A stretch of DNA of 61,532 nucleotides, the filler included, from Rhabdomonas costata (taxonomy: Eukaryota): NCBI GenBank assembly GCA_019059605.1. It is 12 parts of 12 records of this genome, joined end to end, with 100 filler letters (N's around TTAATTAATTAA, not from the genome) between each part and the next. Parts side by side here need not be neighbours in the genome. Positions count along the whole stretch, not along the records: positions 30,981 to 36,005 come from JAHMHO010000112.1; positions 36,106 to 41,117 come from JAHMHO010000113.1; positions 41,218 to 46,209 come from JAHMHO010000114.1; 9 more parts are not named here. One strand, 5' to 3'. Below are positions 32,085 to 43,329 of the stretch, piece after piece. The translations under genes and the position numbers were made by a program. The notes beneath the pieces are model-generated. The model did no database searches. It saw nothing but the letters and a program-made list of their open reading frames with translations, and was not told the DNA's origin. How positions within the stretch are numbered: position 1 is the stretch's first letter; each line of letters starts with the position of its first letter.

Positions 32085-35000
32085 GGCTGGAAGCTGTAGT
32101 CCAAGATGAACGTGGTCAAGGAGGAGAACCCCAACGCCGGAGGCACAAACTCGGCATGGAGGATGCTGGAGCTGACGGGAAGGCCTTTCTCCCACACCAC
32201 CACAGGGACGGGGCAGTTTTGGGTGTCGAAAGGGAAGCGGTGGAAGTCCATCGCGCACGAGGTGGTGCCAATGACGTGACGGTACAAAGTGAAAACATCG
32301 TCTGCAGGGAAACAAAAGTAAAAACATGGTCTCCAGGGCTGAGGGAAGACAATATAGTGAGCCGAACGAAATCGTTCTGGCTGTGGTCTGGTCCATGGAT
32401 CCGCCATTTGTTCATGCATCACGTTCATTCAACATGCATCGGCACAGTAGCTTCATTTAGAGGAGAGTTGCAGCGAGCACGTTTTTTTTGGCAGTTAGAT
32501 GCCTTCCACTTGGTACAGTGGCATTGGTACAGTGAAAGCTCGAACCGAAACTAGGGCATTAGTGTGCCCTGAAAACCACCACAACCCCTCATGATGGCTC
32601 AAAGCCAACAACAAAAAGAATAGAAAGAGTTATTTCACAGCCCACAAAAGATTGAATGACCCATCTACATCCCAGGCCAGCCTTCCCTCCTGCGATACGA
32701 ACCAAAGTGAGTCCATCACTTTCACTGGTATACTGCCCGGGGTTAGGCCCTCCATCCTCCCCCCCAACACGTGGAAGGGGGGGGGCTGCGACCTTGCTTT
32801 AGCTTGAATCAAAGGAATCAAAGGCTCTGGACCCTTCAAGGCACCACAAGTCGAGCCAGCTGTACAGTGCTGCCACTGCGTCGCTGCGGACGGTTGGGTA
32901 CACAACTTGAGGAACACCGCGTCTCTTTTGCTCTTGAAGCCTACGCTGAAGGCCAACCCAACCCAATGCAGCAGACGGCTAGGGGAAAACTCCAACTGCT
33001 CGTGGAAGATGTCTTGTAGATCACCAGGAAAGAGCTGTGAAGACGTTTCGGGGATGACCGCCACTTTTGCACTGCTCCTCTGCACAGATGATAGCTCTTT
33101 CCGGGGAATCCACCATTTCTGACAAGTGAGGAAAGACGGGACATCGAAATTGATCCTGACATTTCTCGGATCCGATGAAACCGGCTGGTTGTAACACAAA
33201 ATGTGACTCCAGGCCCGGGCCAGTAGTTGGGCTTCTCTAAGACTTCTCCCAGCTCGGGTGGCCATGATAGGTGAAGAATGGATTCTCATCGAGTCCGATT
33301 CTTCTTTGGAATTCTTCGGTTCGGAAAGGGTGGGAAAAATATTAAAAAGAAGGGTCGGATTCGAACTACGAGGAGTCCTTGCCAAGAGAGAATACTAGTA
33401 CCCGCAGGAATAACAAGCGCCCAAACAAAATGCGCACAAATGGAATGTGAGTCAGGTGGCGACCCGAAAAGGTCATGCAGGGAAGCTGGGATTGAGGTCT
33501 GATCATGTCTATGGTCAACACTCAACACAATTCACGTAAGTGGAGAGAAGAGACTACGGTGGACATTCCCACGGAATCGCCCCTCAAATAACCAGGACTT
33601 ATATTTCTTTTTTGGCGGCGGGGGTGGTGGTGGTGGTTAAACGACTACCGCCGTTCAAGGTCAATACCGTTAAACCATCCTCCTCTGTAGAGAGCAGAAG
33701 TCGGAGCTGTTCTTAAACGGTCAAAAATTTATCTTTGGGGCAGTAGAACAGTAGACTTAATCCCCTTGCACAAAAATATTAGCATCGAGTAAGTACAGGC
33801 ACACTTCACCTAAACCCCGTGCTCGGGATAAAACCTTTTGAAAACAAAAAGATTTTGGTGTTTAACGGGGTCAATCGTTTAACACCTTAAAACAAGAAAA
33901 ATCAACACTTACGCAAGCCCCCCCTCAACCGTCCGCTCCGGCCCCGCCGCGGGCTGACGGGCTTCCGCCCCTTAAATTTTGTTGTCGCAATCGGTCCGCA
34001 AAGTCCAAAACGTTTAACCCCACTACCGACAATCCTCGGGTTTCCCTTACACCCACGATCATGTACTTTGACCACCTGAAACCGCACTTCGAAAAGGAAC
34101 AGGGCTACCTTTGACATCTGCCTGATCGTTGGGAACTCAGAGTCGGATACCATACCACGTGGGGCATGACCGTGTCGAAAACAAGCTCCGGGACATATCT
34201 TCCTCTGACTTTGAGCATGTTTACCCCAGTGGCAGCCAGAATTTCCTGAAAACCCATCAGCTCCGGGTCCTTCCAGTATACCATGACGTCTATGTCCACG
34301 CTGAACTGCTGGTTAGACTGCTGCAAGTCCGACACCCGCCTCAGGGCGATCTCTACCGAAATGGAGTCGTTGCCAATTTCCAGCTGGTGAGCTAATGAGG
34401 GTGAAAAAGGCGCAAAATAACGATGGCGTGGAACTTAGCAGGGCGGCTGTGTGGGGGAGAATATTGGGTCATGGAGCACCTAAGGTACCATGGCTGGACC
34501 TCCTGGGGCAATCGATGTACAGGTTGATATGGGGCAGAAGACAATTAGCCTCCAAAGCCCTTGGCCCGCCCGCCCATAGCCCACCAAAAAAACTTCCATA
34601 AAGAAAAACAGCCCAGAGACCGATTCCGGAAAGGCGCAGAACGTTTTTCAATTCTGAGCCCATAAACACGTGACACCGCCGGACAATAAAAAAGGCCGTT
34701 ATATGGTATTATCAGCTCTGCAAAGAAGTTCCCTTCCTCCCCATACCGCGAAGAAAGTACAACAATGAATCCTCACTACAACGCCGCCGCTGACCACATG
34801 GGGTCAGATATAGTTTTCAAAGCCCTCTAATAGTCTAATTTGGCAAAGGTTTTTACTACAAAGAACCGTTCATGTGGGATCGAGGCGAACAAACACACGA
34901 AATGTCAGAGGGTCATAGTCGCTCCGCGAGAGGTAATCCAAAAGCGTCTTATGGGTTGCCCCTGGGTTCGATTCCGCTTTGGCGCCGGTCCGCGTCGGCA

Positions 35001-35121
35001 CAGTGCGGGAGGCCTGCCCGACAAAATGCATCTCCGGTTGCCCAACTAAAAAAGCTGTGCCAATACCAACCGTAAGCAGCAGCAGCAGCAAAAACAACAG
35101 GGTAAGCGCAGGGCAGGGGAT
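32085..35121 (-). pseudogene. Pentameric ligand-gated ion channel (Cys-loop receptor) extracellular domain; reading frame disrupted
   Basis: Exons ~35121-34899, 34391-34109, 32550-32503 and 32301-32085 give a signal peptide, LLDYL..SDYDPLTFP, ISVEIALRRVSDLQQSNQQFSVDIDVMVYWKDPEL, VWYPTL and CAMDFHRFPFDTQNC. Lesions are a frameshift at ~34140, a 14-bp insertion at 32510-32534 and no in-frame ATG (ATC at 35119-35121). Confidence 0.85.
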
Positions 35122-36248
35122 GCTCCCCTGCTTCCGAGCGCAGCAGTAGGTCCCGTCTCAAAATCAAGGCGAATCGGTTGGGGGGACAGGAAATGGTAGC
35201 AGGACAGAGATTCCTCTGGCGAAGAAAAGAAAAAACCTCCCCTCCCCACCACACAACAGGTCCCAGAGTTCCTTATGTGACAATGATGTGACACAGGACA
35301 CCCCAGGGTGGCCAAGGGGCATCACCTTTAAGCGATCTCAAACCGAAGCCCTTTTGCGGTGAGAGGACGGCGTACCTATGGTAACGTTAGATGCATTGCA
35401 ATGAAAGCGCGTGGATCACATGCTGTGAATGACTGCCAAAAAGAAACCGCAAGGGTACAGTGGGGTAGTTTTATTCGAAAGGGGCCATCAGTGAGAAAAA
35501 AGGAGAATAATTGGAGTTCTCCCTTGAAAAACCTCGCCCGTTTCCACCCCCTCCTATGATAGGCCATTTTGCAGAGTTTCGAAAATAGTCAATTCCCGCT
35601 TGCAATGACCCCTAGGTCAGGTTTCCCCTCTTGATTTCGACTGTTTTTGCCCTATTCTTGGTCCATCTTGTCTGTTTTGAACCCCAGTTTGAGCATATTT
35701 CATCATGAAATTGACGGCAGTATGTCCCATTGGGACCTGGACCTTGTCGGCCCATATATTAACGAGGGGGCAAAGGGAGCTTCAGGGTCATTATCCATTT
35801 CAAGCCCACTGCTTATTTCCAGGTCTGTCATAAGTTCATACATTCCAACCCAGAGACAGCTGCTGATACGTTACCGGTTTGCGAGACCCACCCACTTGCT
35901 CCAGAAGCGGCAGGCAGTGTGGGCGCACTTCCTGTCCTTCTTCACTCCCCAGGCTCGTTAAATTGCTTTGAAACAGTGGCTTAATTTGATGACACGGAAT
36001 CCTTGNNNNNNNNNNNNNNNNNNNNNNNNNNNNNNNNNNNNNNNNNNNNTTAATTAATTAANNNNNNNNNNNNNNNNNNNNNNNNNNNNNNNNNNNNNNN
36101 NNNNNTGTTTTTGGTCTGATGTGAGGATGTCCTGAGCTGCTGCCGGCCGACCGTCGGCATCCATCATTCGCTTTCGAGCGCACTACGAATGATCACTCCC
36201 TGTTTTCTGTGCAGCAGAAAGAGGTATGGGTAAAATCTCTCTTCCAGG

Positions 36249-39200
36249 GTACATCATCTCGGGCTCTGGGACGTTCCCGATGTTCAGCGGCCGGGCCACG
36301 GGTGGACCCATGGGCCGGGGCACCCTTGCCGGCAACAGTGTGCTGTGCGGGGGCCCCGGCCGGCGCCCGGCCTCGACCCATCAAAGAGTGTTCAACACCT
36401 GGAACAAGCTGCAGATGGGGGACCAGAACACCTTCCACCAGACCGCCCACCAGGTCGTAGCTGCGCTGCGGGCCAAGGACCAGAAGAAAACCGGGCCATG
36501 GCAGCCCGAAGAGCTGGAGTCGATGGCCGTGGAGGTGCGGTTGAGAATCAGGAGGGGAGGGGGGTCCCCTGCACACGCCTTTTCGCGCCCACCTACATCC
36601 AGAAATCAAGGGCCTCATATCGCTCTCTGTCTCTCTCTGTCTCTGTCTCTTCAGAATGGATGCTGCGGTTCGTGGAGTTCCTCCTATGTTCCACGGGACC
36701 AAAACGGATGTGTTAGCTTTTTTCCCGAAACGAAACGAAGGGAGTAAGTTGAAGGTTTTGTATATTAAAACGGGAAAATGTCCGTGTCTGTGTGTGGTCG
36801 GTTGTGCTCTTGTTGAGTGGAGCTGTTTTTTTTTGCGCGAAAAGTAGTCAACGTTTCAGACTTAATGTTTTGACCTATCCCCAGGTTAGTACTATCCTGA
36901 CGGAAGTGTCCGGACCACCGACTCGAAGTCTACTGGTGAAAATTGTTGGCCCGGCCGGACCGTTTCCGTCGACTTTGTGGTTATTGGTTTTATTGGTTTT
37001 TTCTCAAAATTGTGTTTGGGGGTATAAAATGAAGTACGCCTCGAATTGACGCTCGAAAAGTTGACCTATCCCCCATTTTTGGGGGGTCGAGGAGAACTAA
37101 AAACACGGTTTGGAGCTTCGATTCGAGCGTTTTGACCCTCAAATGACCGATTTTTGACCGAAATTGGCTTTTTTGAACCCTCGAACGGGGTCCACCGACA
37201 TGGGTCGAAAGTGTGGTCACCATGGTGAAAAAATCGATCTCCCGGAATTCGACCCAACTTTATGAGTGGTGAGCGTAAGGGGTAGCACTTGTAGCTTGCG
37301 GTTCATTTCTGGTGGGGAGAGGGGAGTGCAAGAGGCGAATGACACGATTACGGCGAATAAAACCATCGAAAATGAACACAAGGCAGTTGGGTGAACATTC
37401 AGAGAGACATTGTCAGGTGGTGGGTCTTTGCTCAATGGAGGTTGAATGGGTCAGGGGCCGGCGCGTCAAGTTGCCCGAGGGATTTCGCTTACATTGGGAA
37501 GAGCGAACCACACCTATGTTTCTCATCCCCCCAGCCTTACCGCCCATACCTTACTCCAGTCACTCTAACCTGTTTTCCTTCTTTCCAGTCCTGCACTCCT
37601 CCACCGCTGCAAGTGGGCTTTTTGTCAAACAGGTCGCCATTCCAGTGGCTGTGTGGTATTCTTGTCATTGTGTTCTCTCCGGGTTGCAGGACGCCTACAC
37701 CGGCCCTCGGCTGAACGTGAGCTCCCTGACGATGGACTCCGTGCACGAGCTGGCGCGGTTCTACCAGCGCACCCACGCCGCGCCAGGGATTCTACACCGC
37801 CGCTACGCCATTGAGCTCCTGCTCAGCACCAAAGCGCTGCTCAAGCGTAAGGTCCCTTCCGCTGTGGTGGACCTGGAGGTCACCCCAGACCAGACCCTGC
37901 ACATCTGCGGAGGCATGTGTGGGCCTCGGCCCGCTAGTTTTACTTTTTTTCTCGGTAAGAACAACATAATGTGGCTCGCACCATGTCAAATGAGAAGCCC
38001 AAATTTGGGTATCCCAGAAAAAAGTAAGCGGAACTTGGGAGCTTCCGTGGAACAAATATGCTAACATGGTTTACAAGTTGAGAATTTACTGTTCTCAAAC
38101 TCTCTGTAAGCCCTGAAGGTAACATTTGGTAAAACCTTTGCCTCTCACTTTTGACCGGCACGGGCAATATTTCATTTTCCGTTCGCCAACAGTGAGTCAG
38201 AAGATCCTACAATGCATCGCATTGCCATGGCGAAAGTCAAGGGGAAAGACGATTGCAGTGGTTTTGTTCATATATGGCGCAGCAAAAAAAGGTGACTATG
38301 GTTCCTCTGAAAACCCCTCGTGTCCTCCCCAATGAATGCTCACTGTCACTATTATCCGCTCATACACACACTCTCCCTTTTCTTGCTCCAAAACCGCCCT
38401 GTTTCCCATCCTTCCCCTTCTACATGCACGAGTCCCCTTTTTTGCACCTTTTCCCTTCCTAGTGACCGCAATTTCCTCCCCACCATACCTTCCCTTCCCG
38501 TTGCCGTTGGTTGGGGAGGGGTAAGTCGGTAAATATATATAGCCTCATCTGTCAATTCATTGTAGAATGAGATGTGTGTGTGTGTGTGCACGGTGGGTAT
38601 GGGAAGAGGTTAAGGTGAGGGGCTTTGAAACTCAGATATGCACGGGCAGCTGCAGGACTTGCTGTGGATCTTCCACCTCCACGGGTCCATCCCAGGAGCA
38701 CCCCTTCCTGTTCAACGGGGACATCGCGGACCGTGGGGACCGCGCCACGGAGATCTTCTTCGTGCTCTTCGCCATGATGCACGTCCACCCCAACAGGTCC
38801 AAACCCAACAAGGAGGGGGAGGGAGACGCGGAAAACATGTGACAAGCTCAAAATATAAAGGATTCTCTGAAGGCAAATAATTCTGCACCTGTGTCCATTT
38901 TCCCCTTGTGGGCCACTGTTGGGACAAAAAGTGCGCACATACCGTAAATTTAAATTTATCTCAACATTAACTTTGGGGGGGGATAGGCAGGGCAAATTTG
39001 ACTCCTGGGAAGTTCACAAGCGAGCAAGGGAAGGTCACGGTGAAAGAAGGAATTTTAGGGAGACAGGACCATGACATCCCTTAGGTCAAAAAGAGCCCTC
39101 GGGCAAGGAGTGCCAGGAAATTTCGGAATTATTTGCCATTTTTTATTATGGAGAGGAGCTCCAGCTGTCGTGGGCCTGATCCCGGTTATCTGTGAGTTGG

Positions 39201-41093
39201 TGGGCACCAAACATGCTCTCAGCCCTCCCCATCGGCCCCTTCCACTTGCATTGGCAGGCCGTCAAGGCCATAAGGGCATGTCTTCTATTCCAGCCCCCAG
39301 CCCCAGTTCCAGTCGTACGCGGCCGAGAGCCATTTGCCTGGGCCCCCTTCGTGGGGGATAGAGAGAGGTGGGTTTTTTCTACATACGTTGTGGGTGCCGT
39401 CGATAAACCCTCCGCTGCACAAGATTTAAGAAAAATTAAGGAAAGAACCGCAAAGGGGCACGGGTGGGTACCGGCCTGAGGGTGCAAGGACCACGCACGC
39501 ACGCAGCGTTTTGGGATGCCCACTGTACATAGACCCCGGGCCTGCTTCGGCTTCGCCCTCAGAGACAAACCATCTCTGGAGAGGATCCTTTTTAAATTGA
39601 GTTTTTGTCATTTGTATATAATCTGAAAGAGTAATGGGGTTCGGGAAGATTCCAAGATTTGAGTGGCTCTGTGTGTCCCTGTGCCTTTTGAGCGGCTCCG
39701 GGCTCGAAAAGGGATGCTCACTTGGGTTTTCTTGGAAGATGGACTGTGTGATTTCTGACCGCGGTAGAGCGTAAGGAAGTTTTCGAAGAATAAGCTGTGC
39801 TTCTTGTCCCACTGTGCATTTTTCTTTGCGTTTATTAGGTCTGTGAACTCAGCTGAGAGTTATGTAGAGTTATTGGAGAGAATTGGGCTTGGGGAGGCTG
39901 GGCATATTTGTGTGTTCGTCTGTACGATTGGTACTATGCACTTTTGTCCCACTTTATTTCTGTTCGCAGCATTTTCATCAATCGCGGGAACCACGAAGAT
40001 GCCGAAATGAACGAGCTCTCCCCGTTTGCAGGGGGTGGCTTCGCAAAGGAGGTCAGGAAGAAGTACGGCGGCCGCACCCTGGCCCTTTTTCAAGAGGTGA
40101 GTATGCGTGTGATGGCTTCTTTCCATTCCGCTTTCTCGAATTTCTCGAGAGATAAAGACAAAGCATAACGAACGAAGGAAATGAGCTAAACGCAAAAGTT
40201 TAAGATGTTTCTCTCTCTCTCTTCAGCAAGAAATGGGAAAGGTCTCTGATGGCACGGGCTTTTCAGGTTTTTTCAGCCTTTTTTCGGACATTAAGACGAC
40301 CTAATTAATGGCATCACATCTCGCCTTTAAGATTCCGTGGTTTTTGCAAAACTGTAACTCTCTGTCTCTCTCACGTTTTACCTGACGCGTGTCATTGCAA
40401 ATATAGATGTGCTTCACACTGGTATGCAATTTTCTATGAGTTGTTGTTGTGGGCGATGCTGCTGTAGCGTGGCGTAGCGTGATGTTTGTCTCTGCTGTTT
40501 GCCGGGAACCTGCACCTTATCTTCCTTTACTCAGATTTTTGACTGTCTACCTCTGGCGACGATTGTGAACAAGCAGGTTGGCATACTCAGCCCTCGCAGC
40601 CCCTCCTTCCTACACGAGCTTCTGCACTCAAAGTGTTTCTTCTCCATTACTGGGGCATTTTTGTCGAAAAATATTCGGCGCTCCTGCACTTGACGTCTGT
40701 TACATTGTGGTGTACACGTCTCATCAGACTGAAGCTTTGCAAGCTGCTGGGTGCAGCTGTTGCGTGACTTTACTTTGCTCGGTGTTTCCTCAAGTTTTTG
40801 TTTCTCGCTGACTCTGACTGATTCCATTTTCATGCTCATGAAGTCGTCCGTTCTCGATCGTGTGTGAAGTGAAGGAAGTGAATTTAAGTTAGCCTCAGCA
40901 GTGCTGGGTCCTACCCCTCCGCCATCTCGGTCATTAGAGCACCCAGTGTGGTACTTCGCTACTTCGCTTCTCTCAACATTCATGCGCATCTTTAATTTTC
41001 TCTGCAGATCTTCGTTGTCCACGGCGGACTCTCCCGGCACGTCGGGGTTCGCTTGGAGCACATCCGGAGTCTGAATCACAACCGCCAGCCCCC
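36249..41093 (+). CDS. PPP-family Ser/Thr phosphatase, PPEF(PP7)/PP5-like, partial; one frameshift at ~38686
   Basis: Exons 36249-36534, 37691-37912, 38636-38796, 39970-40096, 40535-40576 and 41008-41093 give YTGPRL, LHRRYA, CGDMHGQLQDL, FLFNGDIADRG, NRGNHE, GFAKEV, LPLATIV and IFVVHGGL. Confidence 0.92.
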
Positions 41094-43329
41094 ACACCCC
41101 CCAAACACACCCACCACNNNNNNNNNNNNNNNNNNNNNNNNNNNNNNNNNNNNNNNNNNNNTTAATTAATTAANNNNNNNNNNNNNNNNNNNNNNNNNNN
41201 NNNNNNNNNNNNNNNNNTTGTGTGGGGGCAGCACACGTATAATATTTTATGTCCTCATGAATGATTATTGTAACATTCTATGATTCAAATATTATACGTG
41301 TGCTGCTTCCACAAGGTAAACCTTTGACCATTATGCATCAGGTAAGTCAGCTGTACATAAACCGTAGCGTAGTCCTAAGTTTTTTATTTTGCTATGGAAT
41401 CATGTTGTTTGCTCTGTAACCAAACAGATGCACACGGTGCGTCTTCTCCAATCAATAAAGTGTTTGACCACAATTGTAGTGGGCGAGCAAATGGTTACGA
41501 GGAAAACGTCTCACATAAGGTTGCAATAAACACGGAAAGACGCGAGACGTATACAATGAGCAGTCGCTATGTCACCATTAACAAATTTTACACAGATTGT
41601 GGGTTTTAAAGGAGAAACATCTTACGTCAGCACACACTAAGGATTAAATATGAATCAGTGAGATGTTACAAGAATCCGGAAAATCTAATGTGCATTTGCT
41701 CCAGCGGCAACGCTCTGAAATAACAAGAGCATCTGTGCGGAAGTCTATGGCACTTATTTACGAAATGTATATGAAACGTTTAAACGATTGTGTGCTACTC
41801 TGGAAACTGAGTTAACCGATACAGCCACATGATGTTTTGGTTTCTCCGAAGTTGTGCATATCAATAGATGCAAAGTTTGTGACAACACCTGTGATATCTG
41901 GGAAATGATGTGTGTGTACAAGACATCCACCGCAACTCACGTTGCAGAAAGCCTGAACAAAAACAGCACTACGCATGCAATATGCAAACGTACTCCTCAC
42001 GCCGAAGAGATCAAATTGCTAATAATTATTGACAATAAGCAAGCAAAGTAACACTCTATGAATGGCGGTGAACGCTACTTGGTCGCATCTGATATAATAT
42101 TTGTGGATAAGCACATTGTGCTCTTTAAGCGCTGAACGTTCTCTTCCATGGGAATTACGCAGCATAGTTACACGAATGAAACAGGCGTTTATTCTGCGTA
42201 AACCACGAGAGAAATTATACAAAAACGTCGCTTTCTATGTTTATGGATTATTATGCTAGTCACGTGGTGTTTGCTGTCTCTGTTGAGCTCCTTGTGCGTG
42301 TGTGTTGGACGCTGTAACTCACCCACATATTGAATAGAGATGTTTTAGTAGCGTTATAGTAGTGCGAGTAAACAGAAGATTTGTATGTGGAACGACTATG
42401 CCACTCACATTGTTGTTATATTGTGACTTATTGTAGTTGTGCTCGCTGTGACATGTGCATACGCATGGCGAGGAGAACTGATCCAGCAGAAGATCTTTCA
42501 AAATGGCAACTTGAGAACACTTTTTAGTAAGATTGTTGTTTCCTAGATGGAAATTTAGTGGTAATAGGATCAAGCGAGGTGTGCATTTTCATTTCCAATT
42601 GCATCGGCTACACAAAATGCGTGTACACGTGCTCCCCAACGGACTCAGACAGCGGCACGTGAGTCTGATTGGTGCAAAACTCCTCCAATCCACTGCAAAT
42701 TGACTCTTACAAGCATAATTACTTGTGATTTGTCATCACATTGCGCTGGATGTAGGTTCTTTGATCATGTTAAAAATCATGGCATGGTGTACATACGATT
42801 GGATAAATATTTTACATCTGGAAGACAGATTGAAACTTTAACAACACGCCATTTATATTCCAGAGCTCAGTTTCAACCAAAACAGTAACGTTTGATCAAA
42901 TTTACGTAAAAACTACTATCATGTCTCGAACATCGTGTCAATGGGAACAACATTAGTCGGTGGTTGCATAATGGATGGAGAGATAGTGTGAGATCTTCAG
43001 CGGATCCTTGCGCACTTGAAACTCCAGTGCAATTGGAAGAAACTTCTATTCGTTATATGTGAGTGTGTGTGGAATTGAGGGTCGTTTTTTTTGGCAACAT
43101 CAGCAGAGGAGTTTGGATATTTCATCATCAGCAGAGGAGTTTGGATATTGCGCTCGGCAAACTGCTCATGAGGCTGCATTATCAATCTGCAATTAATGCA
43201 CGTCTTGCAACCTAGATGTCTTTGCTTGCCGATAATTTCCGCCAGCAATTATATCGGCAAATACATGTAGGACAGCATATCTTAACTCCTATGTTATAAC
43301 CAGCAGGCATTACAGTTAGGTTACGCTTG

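Noticed and set aside
32630-33385. 251-aa minus-strand ORF in the channel intron
   Set aside because: No recognisable motif. The opposite strand looks like a stop-riddled coding remnant, so this is probably a shadow ORF of a decayed element.
33636-33883. Possible MITE with gttaaacga/tcgtttaac termini
   Set aside because: Only a 9-bp inverted match, no clear target duplication and a single copy in the window.
34960-34990. GGTTCGATTCC as a tRNA T-loop
   Set aside because: No matching T-stem or cloverleaf, and it lies antisense within the channel's first exon.
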